From the NCBI GenBank assembly GCA_949737515.1, contig CATJCP010000201.1:471-64470 (forward strand): a stretch of 64,000 bases of DNA. Reading direction: 5' to 3'. Shown here one piece after another: positions 1 through 10,173 of the stretch (position 1 is its first letter; each line of letters opens with the position of its first letter). The position numbers were made by a program, and so were the translations under genes. The notes beneath the pieces were generated by a model. That model did not search any database, had not been told where the DNA came from, and saw nothing but the letters and a program-made list of their open reading frames with translations. Source of the stretch: an uncultured Oscillospiraceae bacterium (lineage in GTDB: Bacteria; Bacillota; Clostridia; Oscillospirales; Ruminococcaceae).

Positions 1-1504
1 TTATCTGCTGGTATTCCTCCCTACGGTCGGGGAATACAGCTTCTGACGCGCTCTGGCAGGCGAGGATGGTCTGGAAACAGGTCAGGGTAAGAAAGGCCAT
101 TGTGAATGAAATGGTGGCGGCGCGATAGGATTTTTTCCGGGCAGTTAAAGTATTAGAAGCCAGTTCCCCTGTAATGCCGAACCTCCGCAGCAAAGGATTT
201 TTCTTTTCCCGGATCCGCTTGATTTTGCCGCCGTCCCCGCCCTGCCGTATCGCTTCTACGGGAGACATTTTGGAAACCCGCCTGGCGGGGATCAGGGCGG
301 AAAACCAGACCGTTATAAAAGCCAGCGCTGCCGCCGGGAGGATTGCGGGGAGCCCAAAAGTGAATATGACCTCTTCAGTACGCCCTCTGGAAAGCTCATT
401 CATACTGTTGACCATTTGGAAGATAGCTTTGTCAAAAGCCCAGCCTCCTAAAATTCCCAGGGGGAGGGGAACCAGGAGCAGAATCAGCCCTTCGCCAATA
501 ACGGATTTGCGTATCTGCTTTGGGGAAGCACCGATACTGGCCAGGATTCCCAACTGGGAAAGGCGCATATTGACCGACAGGGCAAAGGCATTGTGAATAA
601 TCAGCACAAACAGCCCAACCACCATCGCAGCAAACACCAGAACCGAGGCGGCCATCCCGCTCGCGCCTTTGATATCCATCTGAAGATTCGGAGGCAGTAT
701 CAGGAAGCGGGCAAGATAGGGGCTGTTGTATTTCAGGGAATAATTTCCGTATTCGTCGGTTTTCCAGCCCAGGGCCTGCGCCAAGGCGGGGAGTTCCTTA
801 TAAGTGTCCCGCATATTGCGGAATCGGAGGTATACGGTGATCATCTCCTCCGGCTGGACAGAGGAATTTTCCAGATACCCCATAGCGGTATAGGCAGGAA
901 CCATAGAAGATGTAGCTATATCCCATTTGCCCACAACGGTATAAGAAGCAGTTCCCGTCTGCCGGAAGGTTTCATTTTCTGAAAACGCGTCGCCTGCGTC
1001 CCGAACTTTTCCGTCCAGCAGCCGTTCCCCAATGGGAAAGGTGAGGACATCACCCAGCTTGGTTTCGGGGTAAGCGTCAAAATACTGCTTGGAAAGGGCG
1101 ATTTCCCCTTCCGCCGATGGTACGCGTCCCTCTATCACCAGATCCTTTTCCGGCATGGATTCCCAGTATTCCCGGTTTGCGCCCCGGAGAATCAGGTATT
1201 GCCGCCGGGGATTGCCGCTGTCCAGTAGCGAGACCTCCCAGGGGCCTTTGACCATAACGGCCTCAACAGAGGCATAGTTTTCTATCTGTTCCAAGTCCCG
1301 GCCATAGGTATCGTCAAACAGTTCTCCATGCCAGTTGCCGTTTTCCAAAAGCACCAGACGGATATTGTCCGTATACATGGTCCAGAAAAAGCCGCTTAAA
1401 CCGGACAGCATCATCACAGTCAGCAGCAGGGCCACCATGATCGCTACGCTGGAACGGCGGTTCCGCTTTACAAAGTCCAGGGTGTACTCCCTCAGGATAT
1501 TCAT
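1..1504 (-). CDS. ABC transporter permease, FtsX-domain (MacB/BceB-like); N-terminal ~500 aa, C-terminus runs off the window start
   Basis: Absent from the ORF track because no stop lies in the window. My translation of the minus strand from ATG 1504..1502 (ATGA overlap with the ATPase stop) gives MNILREYTLDFVKRNRRSSVAIMVALLLTVMML... and later ...NAFALSVNMRLSQLGILASIGASPKQIRKSVIGEGLILLLVPLPLGILGGW, a typical FtsX segment. The frame is open to base 1; the TAA at 3..1 is out of frame. Confidence 0.75.
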   Translation of the reverse strand, partial: MNILREYTLDFVKRNRRSSVAIMVALLLTVMMLSGLSGFFWTMYTDNIRLVLLENGNWHGELFDDTYGRDLEQIENYASVEAVMVKGPWEVSLLDSGNPRRQYLILRGANREYWESMPEKDLVIEGRVPSAEGEIALSKQYFDAYPETKLGDVLTFPIGERLLDGKVRDAGDAFSENETFRQTGTASYTVVGKWDIATSSMVPAYTAMGYLENSSVQPEEMITVYLRFRNMRDTYKELPALAQALGWKTDEYGNYSLKYNSPYLARFLILPPNLQMDIKGASGMAASVLVFAAMVVGLFVLIIHNAFALSVNMRLSQLGILASIGASPKQIRKSVIGEGLILLLVPLPLGILGGWAFDKAIFQMVNSMNELSRGRTEEVIFTFGLPAILPAAALAFITVWFSALIPARRVSKMSPVEAIRQGGDGGKIKRIREKKNPLLRRFGITGELASNTLTARKKSYRAATISFTMAFLTLTCFQTILACQSASEAVFPDRREEYQQI

Positions 1505-2193
1505 TTCGCTCCCCCTCCTGTCACCTCGTCCCGGAGGATTTTGCCGTCCTCAATGGTGATAATGCGATGGGCTTGCAGGGCGATATTTTCGTCATGGGTG
1601 ATGAGGAGCACCGTTTGGCCGTACTTCTGGTTGGAGAGCTTTAAAAGCTCTACCGTTTCCTCAGAGTTTTTCCGGTCCAGGTTGCCGGTGGGTTCGTCGG
1701 CCAGGAGCAGGGCGGGGCGGTAGATCAGGCTGCGGGCAATGGCCACCCGCTGCTGCTGTCCGCCGGAAAGTTCCCCGGGCAGGTGGGCCAGGCGTTCCTC
1801 CAGGCCTAGGGTTTCCACGATTTCCTGAAAGCGGGCCTCATCCGAGCGGCGGTTGTCCAGGAGCATGGGGAGAAGGATATTTTTTCGGACGTTCAGGGTT
1901 GGGATCAGGTTGTAGAATTGGTAGATCAACCCCACCTTCCGGCGGCGGAATACAGCCAGTTCTTCCTCTGACAAGGTTGAGATGTCGGTGTCCTCAATGT
2001 AGATATGGCCTTCGGTGGGCCGGTCTACCCCGCCCAGCATATGCAGCAGGGTGGATTTTCCCGATCCGGAAGTCCCCACAATGGCCACAAACTCCCCTTT
2101 TTCAATCGAAAGGTTCAGGTGGGACAGGGCTGTCACCTGGGCTGCCCCGGTTCCATAGGTCTTGGTCAGGTTTTCACAGCGTAAAAGTTCCAT
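1501..2193 (-). CDS. ABC transporter ATP-binding protein (MacB/LolD/BceA-like)
   Basis: Walker A GTSGSGKST, signature LSGGQQQRVAIAR, Walker B LLLADEPTGNLD, H-loop ITHD. Start moved to MELLRCENL (ATG 2193) with GGGAGGA about 8 nt upstream. Translationally coupled to the permease. Confidence 0.9.
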   Translation of the reverse strand: MELLRCENLTKTYGTGAAQVTALSHLNLSIEKGEFVAIVGTSGSGKSTLLHMLGGVDRPTEGHIYIEDTDISTLSEEELAVFRRRKVGLIYQFYNLIPTLNVRKNILLPMLLDNRRSDEARFQEIVETLGLEERLAHLPGELSGGQQQRVAIARSLIYRPALLLADEPTGNLDRKNSEETVELLKLSNQKYGQTVLLITHDENIALQAHRIITIEDGKILRDEVTGGGAK

Positions 2194-2362
2194 AATATAT
2201 TCCTCCCTTTGAAGGATATTGTATCGGGTGAAAATGACAATACGGTGACACAGGCCCACATTTAAAAGACGTTGACAACAGGTGCAAATTTTTCTATACT
2301 CTAGCTTAGAAAGTAAAAAAGTAAATCAGTAAGACTTTATTATTGAGCGCAAGGAGGAAGAT

Positions 2363-3178
2363 ATGACTATTTTTAACCTGCCCCTGGAAGAGGAAATGGG
2401 GGAAAACAAGCCTTATCTGAAGGCCTTTCTGCTGGACCGGATGCCAGGAGAAAAGGAGCTGCCGCCAGCTGTTATGATCTGCCCTGGCGGAGGGTACAGC
2501 CATCTGTCCCCCCGGGAGGCGGAGCCCATTGCCATGGCCTTTGCGGCCCGCGGGTATCAGGCGTTTGTGCTTTATTACAGCCTGCTGCCCAAGCGGTTCC
2601 CCCAGCCCCTGGTAGATGCGGCCAAGGCAATGGCGGCAATACGCAGCCACAGCGCCGAATGGCGCACCGATCCCCAGCGGATTGCGGTCTGCGGCTTTTC
2701 CGCCGGAGGGCACCTGGCAGGGGCGATCAGCACCCTTGCCGGCGATCCGGCCATAGAGCAGGCCGGGTTTACCGCCCAGCAGGTGCGCCCCAATGCGTCC
2801 ATCCTGTGCTATGCGGTGCTTGCAACACCCGAGGGGGACCAAGGGTCTGAATATTTCGCCAACGAAGTCCTTCAGGCGGACAGGGGCCCGGATCATTGGA
2901 AAGCCGCGAATCTGGACCAGGCGGTCACCCGGGAAAACCCGCCGGCCTTTTTATGGCATACAGCCGGGGACCATACCGTCATTCCGGCCCACAGCCTGAG
3001 AATGGCCGGGGCACTGTCCCAAAACGGCGTGCCCTTTGAGCTGCACATCTTCCCCCGAGGGGATCACGGCCTGGCCCTCGCCACAGAACGGACCTGCAAT
3101 GGGAAGGATGAAATGATCCTACCAGAGGTAGCCCAGTGGATGGAGCTTTGCTGCAGCTGGCTGAAGCGTACTCTGTAA
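2363..3178 (+). CDS. alpha/beta-hydrolase esterase (acetyl-esterase/xylan-esterase-like)
   Basis: MICPGGGY oxyanion-type motif and GFSAGGHLAG nucleophile elbow (G-x-S-x-G); late Asp/His region GDHTV...GDHG. Sits directly upstream of GH43. Confidence 0.8.
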   Translation: MTIFNLPLEEEMGENKPYLKAFLLDRMPGEKELPPAVMICPGGGYSHLSPREAEPIAMAFAARGYQAFVLYYSLLPKRFPQPLVDAAKAMAAIRSHSAEWRTDPQRIAVCGFSAGGHLAGAISTLAGDPAIEQAGFTAQQVRPNASILCYAVLATPEGDQGSEYFANEVLQADRGPDHWKAANLDQAVTRENPPAFLWHTAGDHTVIPAHSLRMAGALSQNGVPFELHIFPRGDHGLALATERTCNGKDEMILPEVAQWMELCCSWLKRTL

Positions 3179-3256
3179 CAGCCGCGCCCCTCTTCTGCCC
3201 TTTCAGGCAGGGGAGGAGAATCTGGAATCTGAAAAATGAAAAGGGGGATTTGTTTC

Positions 3257-4963
3257 ATGTCAAGCCAAACCGGGCAGCGGCCAACCGCTACCGATCTCCA
3301 CGCCGCACAGACCAACCTTCGCTTTACCGAGGAGAACACCGGGAATTTTTCCGGCGGCGACCAGGGGGACGGAACCTACCGGAATACCATCCTCTTTGCC
3401 GATTACTCCGATCCAGACGTCATCCGGGTTGGAGATACCTTCTATATGGTCACCTCCACCTTTCACCTCAGCCCAGGCCTCACCATCCTGGAATCCAAGG
3501 ATCTGGTGAACTGGTCCTTTGTGGGCCATGCCATAGAGAATATGGGCAAGCTCTCCCAGTGCTTCTCCTTTAACGCCATGGACGGCTATGGCTCCGGCGT
3601 GTGGGCGCCCTCCATCCGGTATCACGGCGGAACCTTTTACATCCATGTGGGCGGTCCGAAAATAGGGCTGATCGTCTGCCGGGCCGGGGATATCCGGGGC
3701 CCCTGGACCGTCAAACGGATGAAATTCCAGAAGCCTTGGATGGGCACCAAGCTCATCGACTGCTGCCCTCTTTGGGATGACGGTGGAAAGGCTTATTTTG
3801 CGGCGGCGGAGCCCAACAAGTCCGATGACAAGAAGTGGCACGATTACCATATTTACCTGTTTGAAATGTCCCCGGACGGGGAAACCCTGTTGGACAGCGG
3901 GGTGGTCATCCACGGCGGCTACACCACCGAGGCGGTGAAACTCTATAAAAAGGATGGCTATTACTATATCTTCTATTCTGAGAATGCTGCAGACGAGGGG
4001 CGGGTGCGGACGCAGTTTGCCGCCCGGTCCAAAAATATCTACGGCCCCTATGAACGCCGGAAGCTGATACATACCCATGGGGGAACAGACAAAAGCCCCA
4101 ACCAGGGCGGCCTGGTGGAGGCCCCGGACGGAAGCTGGTGGTTCCTGTGCCACCGGGAGGACAGCGCCCCCAACTCCGCTGTTGGCCGCCATCTGCTGCT
4201 GCTTCCTGTGACCTGGCAGGAGGGATGGCCCATCATCGGCATTGACCAGGACGGGGACGGCGTTGGAGAAATGGTGTGGAAGCACCAAAAGCCTGTCCAG
4301 GGGTATGGCCCCAGCCTGCCGGCCTCCAGCGACGAATTTGGGGAGCGGGTCCTGGGCGGCCAGTGGCAGTGGAACCACCAGGACCGCAGGGACATGTGGT
4401 CCCTGACAGAGCGCCCAGGGTTTCTGCGCCTGACCGCCTGTAAGCCAGTGGCCCCCGGCGGATTTTATTGCGCCCCCAATACCCTGACCCAGCGGCTGAT
4501 GGGGGAATTGGGCGCCGCCACCATTAAGATGGACGCCTCCCAAATGGCAGACGGCCAATATGCGGGCCTCTGCCTGCTCTCCAAGCCCTCCCTGCTGTTG
4601 GGGGTCTACTGTGAAAACGGGGCCCGGAGAATACGCTGCCAATACACAGTCCTCCAAAAGACTTTCCTTGACCCGGAGGCCAAGGCATATGATGACAGCT
4701 TTTTCTGCGAGGATATCTGCGGCTTTACCGGGGATACCGTTTACTTCCGCTTGGAGCACCGAAGAGATCAGGCCCGTCTGTTGTTCAGCACAGATGGGGA
4801 GTCCTTTACCCCGGCAGAGCTGCCCAGCCAGTTTGCCTTCTTTGCCTGGCGGGGCGGCCGGGTGGGGATGTTCTCCTACAACGAGTTCAAGGACGGGGGG
4901 ATCGCGGATTTCGATTGGTTCCGCTATCAGATAGGGGAAGACGCGCCGGCGTTTAAAGGATAA
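3257..4963 (+). CDS. glycoside hydrolase family 43 (beta-xylosidase/alpha-L-arabinofuranosidase type) with C-terminal beta-sandwich
   Basis: FADYSDPDVIRVGDTFYMVTSTF, GVWAPSIRYHGGTFY and YTTEAVKLYKKDGYYYIFYSE are classic GH43 five-bladed-propeller motifs. Start placed at ATG 3257 (AAGGGGGA 8 nt upstream); ATG 3236 is an alternative. Confidence 0.85.
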   Translation: MSSQTGQRPTATDLHAAQTNLRFTEENTGNFSGGDQGDGTYRNTILFADYSDPDVIRVGDTFYMVTSTFHLSPGLTILESKDLVNWSFVGHAIENMGKLSQCFSFNAMDGYGSGVWAPSIRYHGGTFYIHVGGPKIGLIVCRAGDIRGPWTVKRMKFQKPWMGTKLIDCCPLWDDGGKAYFAAAEPNKSDDKKWHDYHIYLFEMSPDGETLLDSGVVIHGGYTTEAVKLYKKDGYYYIFYSENAADEGRVRTQFAARSKNIYGPYERRKLIHTHGGTDKSPNQGGLVEAPDGSWWFLCHREDSAPNSAVGRHLLLLPVTWQEGWPIIGIDQDGDGVGEMVWKHQKPVQGYGPSLPASSDEFGERVLGGQWQWNHQDRRDMWSLTERPGFLRLTACKPVAPGGFYCAPNTLTQRLMGELGAATIKMDASQMADGQYAGLCLLSKPSLLLGVYCENGARRIRCQYTVLQKTFLDPEAKAYDDSFFCEDICGFTGDTVYFRLEHRRDQARLLFSTDGESFTPAELPSQFAFFAWRGGRVGMFSYNEFKDGGIADFDWFRYQIGEDAPAFKG

Positions 4964-4982
4964 GATTTTCATCAGACAGCAT

Positions 4983-5033
4983 AAAAAATCAGGCCGAAAA
5001 AACTTGTGTTATAGTTTTTAAGGCCTGATTTTT
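4983..5033. terminator. bidirectional intrinsic terminator between convergent GH43 and MATE genes
   Basis: AAAAATCAGGCC ... GGCCTGATTTTT: 12-bp arms flanked by an A-run and a T-run. Confidence 0.6.
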
Positions 5034-5087
5034 ATCTGTCATTGGTTGAAAAAAGATAATGGAATTCCGTTGTTCCGGTGGCGGAGC

Positions 5088-6446
5088 TTACAGCGGCGCT
5101 GTGGGTTTTCTTTTGTCTAAGATTTTCATCACATGGAAGTACATGGGGATCAGCAGCAGGTCCGCCGCCACCCATGCGGCCGGGTTGGACAGGCAGGCTC
5201 CGGTAAATCCCAGGGGCTTTACCAGGGTAAAGGCCACCGCCGACCGGGCAGCCATCTCGCAGATCCCTGCCAGCATGGCGGAAAAGCCGAACCCCATTCC
5301 CTGGAGCCCGTTGCGGAAGATGAAGATCAGGGACAGGGGGATGAAGAAAGCCCCGTTCCAAAGGAGATACTGCCGGATATATTCCAGGATAACCGTTTCA
5401 CTTTTATCCACAAACAGCAGGGAGATGGTGGTGCCGAATATCATCACCACCGCCATGCAGAAGATGGAATACACTGTGGCGCAGATGGTAAATTTCCGGA
5501 ATCCCTGATGGATGCGGTCCACCCGTTCCGCCCCCAGGTTCTGCCCGCAGTAGGTTGCCGCAGTCGCCCCTAGGGAGTCCATGGGCTGGGTTACAAGGTT
5601 CTGGACCTTTCCGGCAGCGGTGATCGCCGCCACCACCGCTGAACCCAGGGTGTTGACAGCGGTTTGTATGACAATGCTGCCCACAGCGGTGATGGAGAAC
5701 TGAAGGGCCATGGGCACGCCGTTTTTCGCCAGCCGGACCATGGCCTTTGTATCCACGGCCAGATCCCCCCGGTCCAGATGGAGGACAGGGAAGCGCTTGC
5801 GGATAAAGAGTAGGCAGAGGATGCCGGAGACCATCTGGGAGATGACAGTGGCCCACGCCGCCCCAGCCACCCCGCTGTGGAAGAGCAGAATAAACACCAA
5901 GTCCAATATGATATTCACCACAGAGGAGACGATGAGAAACAGCAGCGGCGTCCGGCTGTCCCCCAGGGCGCGGAGAAACCCGGACAGAAGATTATAGAGC
6001 ATACTGGCAAACATCCCGCCAAAAATGACTATAATGTAATCGTAAGCCCCCTGAAAGATATCCTCCGGTGTGCGCATCCACTGGAGAAACTCACGGGTAA
6101 ACAGAAGGGTGATTATGGTCAGCACCCCGGTGATGGCTGCGCTGAGGTAGATGGAATTTGCAACACAGCGGCGCATCCCCTTCATATCCTCCGCGCCAAA
6201 GCACTGGGAGATGGGAATGGTAAACCCGCCGCAGATGCCCAGGACAAAGCCGAGGATCAGGAAATTGAGGGAGCCGGTGGAACCCACGGCGGCCAATGCC
6301 TCCACCCCGACGAATTTTCCCACAATAATGGTATCCGCCATGCTGTAAAGCTGTTGGAAAATGTTCCCTACAGCCATGGGAACGGCAAACCCCAGAATAA
6401 GCTTCAGGGGGCTGCCCTGGGTCATGTCTCTGACCAAAAAAATCAC
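5088..6446 (-). CDS. MATE family efflux transporter
   Basis: N-terminus ...DMTQGSPLKLILGFAVPMAVGNIFQQLYSMADTIIVGKFVG, about 12 hydrophobic segments, 452 aa. GTG 6446 has AAAGGA upstream; ATG 6425 is an alternative start. Confidence 0.85.
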   Translation of the reverse strand: MIFLVRDMTQGSPLKLILGFAVPMAVGNIFQQLYSMADTIIVGKFVGVEALAAVGSTGSLNFLILGFVLGICGGFTIPISQCFGAEDMKGMRRCVANSIYLSAAITGVLTIITLLFTREFLQWMRTPEDIFQGAYDYIIVIFGGMFASMLYNLLSGFLRALGDSRTPLLFLIVSSVVNIILDLVFILLFHSGVAGAAWATVISQMVSGILCLLFIRKRFPVLHLDRGDLAVDTKAMVRLAKNGVPMALQFSITAVGSIVIQTAVNTLGSAVVAAITAAGKVQNLVTQPMDSLGATAATYCGQNLGAERVDRIHQGFRKFTICATVYSIFCMAVVMIFGTTISLLFVDKSETVILEYIRQYLLWNGAFFIPLSLIFIFRNGLQGMGFGFSAMLAGICEMAARSAVAFTLVKPLGFTGACLSNPAAWVAADLLLIPMYFHVMKILDKRKPTAPL

Positions 6447-6609
6447 GCATCCTTTCCCGCCGTAACCGGCGCCATATTATGAAGGTCTGAACTATACTAC
6501 TTGCAAATCAAAGAAATGTCAACGGGCAGGATGCCAAAAATAGCCCTGGTTTTCCATAAATATTTGGAGAAGATTGCGGGCAGATGTTGTCTGCCCTTTC
6601 TATTGAGGG

Positions 6610-6637
6610 TTGACAAATTTACAAAATGACTTATAAT
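6610..6637 (+). promoter_or_regulatory. sigma-A-like promoter of ilvD
   Basis: TTGACA (6610-6615), 16-nt spacer, TATAAT (6632-6637), about 60 nt upstream of the ilvD ATG. Confidence 0.6.
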
Positions 6638-6695
6638 GAAAGAAACGTATCCTGGAGCAAACGCCGTATTCTGTCCAAACGGGAGGTAATACAAA

Positions 6696-8363
6696 ATGTC
6701 TTTCAGAAGTGAAAATGTTCTCAAAGGGCCGGAGCGCGCCCCTAACCGCTCCCTGTTTTACGCCATGGGTTACACCGACGAGGAGCTGAACCGTCCGCTG
6801 ATCGGGGTGGTCAGCGCCTTTAACGAGATCATCCCAGGGCATATCCATCTGGACAAGGTGGCCGCCGCCGCAAAAACCGGCGTGAGCATGGCAGGGGGGA
6901 CGCCTATCCTGGTGCCGGCCATTGGGGTGTGCGACGGTATCGCCATGGGCCACCAGGGGATGAAATACAGCCTGCCCAGCCGCGAGCTGATTGCAGACAG
7001 CATTGAAACCATGGCCCTGGCCCACGGGTTCGACGGCCTGGTACTGGTCCCCAACTGCGATAAGATCGTCCCAGCCATGCTGATGGCAGCGGCGCGGCTG
7101 AATATCCCCTCCATTGTCATCAGCGGCGGGCCAATGATGGCCGGCTGCCACAACGGCGAAGAGATCAGCCTGAGCAAAATGTTCGAGGCAGTGGGAAGCT
7201 ACAAGGCCGGCTTTATCGACGGGGATGAGCTGAAGCAGTACGAGCTGGACTGCTGCCCCGGATGTGGAAGCTGCTCCGGAATGTACACTGCCAATTCTAT
7301 GAACTGCCTGAGCGAGGCCATCGGCATGGCCCTGCCGGGCAACGGGACCATTCCCGCCGTCCACAGCGGACGCATCCAGCTCGCCAAGCGTTCGGGGATG
7401 CAGATTATGGAGCTGGTGCGGAAAAATATCTGTCCCAGGGATATCCTGACTCCGGCGGCCTTTAAAAACGCGGTTGCCACGGATATGGCCCTGGGGTGCT
7501 CCACCAACAGCGTCCTTCATCTGTTGGCCATTGCCAACGAGGCTGAGGCGCCCATGAACCTGGAGACCTTCAATGAGGTGAGCGCAGTGGTTCCCAACCT
7601 CTGCCACCTGGCCCCGGCGGGCCCCACCCATATCCAGGACTTCAATGCTGCCGGCGGCGTCCCCGCTGTGATGAAGCAGCTGGCAGACCGGGGGCTGATC
7701 GACGGTTCCCTCCCCACCGTCACAGGGAAGACGGTTGCGGAGAACATCCGGGATGCGGTCAACCGGGACACCGCCACCATCCGCGCCATTGACCAGCCCT
7801 ATTCCAAGACCGGCGGATTGGCGGTCTTGTGGGGGAACATTGCCAGGGAGGGCTGTGTGGTTAAGAGAAGCGCTGTCGCCCCGGAGATGTTGGTCCATTC
7901 CGGCCCCGCCAGGGTGTTCGACAGCGAGGACGAGGCCATTGACGCCATTTACAACGGGCAGATTGTGGACGGGGATGTTGTGGTGATCCGCTACGAGGGG
8001 CCCAAGGGGGGACCCGGTATGCGGGAGATGCTCAACCCCACCAGCGCCCTGGCCGGGATGAAGCTGGACAAAACCGTTGCGCTGATCACCGACGGCAGGT
8101 TTTCCGGGGCGTCCAGAGGCGCGTCCATTGGGCATGTCTGCCCGGAGGCTGCCGAAGGCGGGGAGATTGGGTTGCTGAAAGATGGAGACCGGATCTTCAT
8201 TGATATTCCCAACTACTCCATCCGGGCGGATGTCAGCGATGAGGAGTGGGAGGAACGGAGAAAGAACTGGAAACCCAAGGAGCCCTCCATCAAAACCGGG
8301 TGGCTGGGGCGGTATGCCAAGCTGGTGGAAAGTGCCAATAAGGGCGCGGTCATGGCAAAGTAA
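6696..8363 (+). CDS. ilvD: dihydroxy-acid dehydratase
   Basis: Full-length match to the IlvD/Edd pattern: [101 protein letters not shown]. Confidence 0.95.
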   Translation: MSFRSENVLKGPERAPNRSLFYAMGYTDEELNRPLIGVVSAFNEIIPGHIHLDKVAAAAKTGVSMAGGTPILVPAIGVCDGIAMGHQGMKYSLPSRELIADSIETMALAHGFDGLVLVPNCDKIVPAMLMAAARLNIPSIVISGGPMMAGCHNGEEISLSKMFEAVGSYKAGFIDGDELKQYELDCCPGCGSCSGMYTANSMNCLSEAIGMALPGNGTIPAVHSGRIQLAKRSGMQIMELVRKNICPRDILTPAAFKNAVATDMALGCSTNSVLHLLAIANEAEAPMNLETFNEVSAVVPNLCHLAPAGPTHIQDFNAAGGVPAVMKQLADRGLIDGSLPTVTGKTVAENIRDAVNRDTATIRAIDQPYSKTGGLAVLWGNIAREGCVVKRSAVAPEMLVHSGPARVFDSEDEAIDAIYNGQIVDGDVVVIRYEGPKGGPGMREMLNPTSALAGMKLDKTVALITDGRFSGASRGASIGHVCPEAAEGGEIGLLKDGDRIFIDIPNYSIRADVSDEEWEERRKNWKPKEPSIKTGWLGRYAKLVESANKGAVMAK

Positions 8364-8437
8364 GGAGTATCCTAATTTTAGGAGGGAGAGAGCCCTATCC
8401 TGGGCTTTCCTTCCGTTGGAGCGAAAGGAAGGATCCT

Positions 8438-9181
8438 ATGGACGAGACCTTTTCCCGCGCCCGCATGGTAATGGGGGATGAGGCCATGGAGCGGCTGGCC
8501 CGTTCCACGGTGGCGGTATTTGGCGTCGGCGGCGTGGGCTCCTACATTGCGGAGGCCCTTGCCAGAGGCGGCGTGGGGCACATTGTCCTTTTTGACAGCG
8601 ACAGGGTCGCCCAAAGCAATATCAACCGGCAGCTTATCGCCCTGCGCTCCACTGTGGGCCGGCCCAAGGTGGAGGTTATGGAAGAGCGCATCCGGGATAT
8701 CAACCCTCTGGCGGAGGTAGAGGCCCATCAGGTGTTTTATGACCGGGAGACAGCGGAGGGGATTTCCTTTTCAGGATGGGATTATATTGCTGACGCCATC
8801 GACACAGTGACCTCCAAGCTGCTGCTGATTGAAAAGGCCAGGGTAGCCGGCGTTCCCCTGGTCAGTTCCATGGGTACGGGGAACAAGCTGGATCCCTCCC
8901 GGCTGGAGCTGGCGGACCTGTCGGAAACATCGGTCTGCCCCCTGGCAAGGGTTATGCGGCGGGAGCTGAAAAAGCGGGGGATCGTTCATCTGCGGGTGTT
9001 GTATTCCCGGGAGCCGCCGGTTCACCCCCAGCTTCCCCTGGAAGATCAGGCCGATCCCCTGCGCCGGGGTGTTCCCGGAAGTGTTTCCTTTGTACCCCCG
9101 GTGGGGGGACTGATGATTGCGGGGGAGATAATCCGGAAGCTTTCAGGGGCTGCCGGGGGCTGTGGGAAACCGGACCATTAG
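8438..9181 (+). CDS. tcdA: ThiF/MoeB-fold E1-like enzyme, tRNA threonylcarbamoyladenosine dehydratase (TcdA)-like
   Basis: FSRARMVMGDEAMERLARSTVAVFGVGGVGSYIAEALARGGVGHIVLFDSDRVAQSNINRQ is a Rossmann GxGxxG plus NxNRQ motif. Size and C-terminus are typical of TcdA/CsdL. Confidence 0.75.
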   Translation: MDETFSRARMVMGDEAMERLARSTVAVFGVGGVGSYIAEALARGGVGHIVLFDSDRVAQSNINRQLIALRSTVGRPKVEVMEERIRDINPLAEVEAHQVFYDRETAEGISFSGWDYIADAIDTVTSKLLLIEKARVAGVPLVSSMGTGNKLDPSRLELADLSETSVCPLARVMRRELKKRGIVHLRVLYSREPPVHPQLPLEDQADPLRRGVPGSVSFVPPVGGLMIAGEIIRKLSGAAGGCGKPDH

Positions 9182-9185
9182 CGTC

Positions 9186-9230
9186 AGAGCGCCGGATGGG
9201 CCTATATGGCCGGTCCGGCGCTCTTTGATA
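9186..9230 (+). terminator. stem-loop downstream of the tcdA-like gene
   Basis: AGAGCGCCGGA ... TCCGGCGCTCT (11-bp arms) followed by TTTGATATT. Confidence 0.5.
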
Positions 9231-9335
9231 TTCTAATCTGACTATAAAAATACCCAGGCGGAAGAGAGAACTTCGACTGGGTTTTATTGGATTTGTTTTA
9301 AAATATATGGTCTGGCAGGGGAAAAGGGACAGCTG

Positions 9336-9965
9336 TCAGCCCGGGGAGATCACCTGGGCGCTGCCATAATACTTCCAATCCAATCGTTGACCGCAGCGGT
9401 CACAATAGTTTTGATATTCACGTTCCATGGTGATCAGGCAGTTTGGGCAGACAGGAAAGCTGTTTTTCCCTGAAGGGGAGGAAAAGACCATCATCTGGGA
9501 AACAGGGAGGGGCCGGGCGCGGAGAAGGGCGTTCATAACCGCCTCGTCCGACAGGGCCAAGTGTGTGCCGGGAAAGTAATCAGGGAACAGCAGGTGCGGG
9601 GCCTGTTCGATTACTTTAAAGAAGGGGAGCCGGAGATGGGAATAGACAGCCAGGAAGATGATCAGCATACAGGGATCCGGCGGATATTGGGGGACGCGTC
9701 CAAGATAGTGGCAGACCAGGTCCTGCTGTTTAAGGGAGTCCCAACAGATATGGGTCAAACGCTCAATCCGCCTGGCAACGGCAGATGGATTGCTGCATAT
9801 TCGATCGGCAACTTTGGGATAGATCTGAGCAACCTTGAGATCATCCATAGAAACGCGTTGTATAAAGAGGAGGTTTTCCGCAATATCAATGGCATAGGAG
9901 AGGGGCCGGAGATCAGCGCGTATTGGGCCAAGGATAGAGCGGAGCAGGACATCAGCATTTGTCAT
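9336..9965 (-). CDS. Spo0A C-terminal (DNA-binding) domain-only protein fused to a C-terminal zinc ribbon
   Basis: QIYPKVADRICSNPSAVARRIERLTHICWDSL aligns by eye with Spo0A_C ([28 protein letters not shown]), with flanking helices (LSYAIDIAENLL; PCMLIIFLAVYSHLRL). No receiver domain. C-terminus CPNC-x15-CDRC. Start ATG 9965 with AAAGGTGG RBS. Confidence 0.7.
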   Translation of the reverse strand: MTNADVLLRSILGPIRADLRPLSYAIDIAENLLFIQRVSMDDLKVAQIYPKVADRICSNPSAVARRIERLTHICWDSLKQQDLVCHYLGRVPQYPPDPCMLIIFLAVYSHLRLPFFKVIEQAPHLLFPDYFPGTHLALSDEAVMNALLRARPLPVSQMMVFSSPSGKNSFPVCPNCLITMEREYQNYCDRCGQRLDWKYYGSAQVISPG

Positions 9966-10173
9966 AAAAAGACCACCTTTGTTCAAGATGATTCTATCAT
10001 ACGACAATAATTAACACATTTGGCAATTACCGACATAACTCGACAAAACATCCACCTTTATCCATGATTTAATTATGTTATACATCATTAAATTTGGCAA
10101 AACTGGGCTGGAGTGGACTTTCAGACAGGAAACCGCGCTGGCGTTTCCCGATAGAAATTTTGATGGACTCCCC

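Noticed and set aside
1-3. TAA on the minus strand at the very start of the window as the stop of the FtsX permease
   Set aside because: It is out of frame with the ATG at 1504. The permease ORF runs off the window.
3260-4972. 570-aa minus-strand ORF exactly antisense to the GH43 gene
   Set aside because: It shows a Gly/Pro/Ala/Arg-rich, low-information translation with no RBS and no recognisable motifs. The opposite strand carries unmistakable GH43 motifs. Long stop-free antisense frames are expected in GC-rich coding DNA.
6578-6604. Plus-strand terminator-like hairpin (GGGCAGA-N5-TCTGCCC + TTTCTATT) just upstream of the ilvD -35; possible Ile/Val/Leu leader-peptide attenuator
   Set aside because: No plus-strand gene or convincing leader peptide precedes it. 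The only upstream ORF, MSTGRMPKIALVF..., lacks an RBS and is not branched-chain-amino-acid-rich. The hairpin also lies upstream of the best promoter, not downstream. It is probably an insulating or incidental hairpin.
6600-8135. 511-aa minus-strand ORF antisense to ilvD
   Set aside because: Same GC-composition artefact. ilvD on the plus strand is full-length and canonical.
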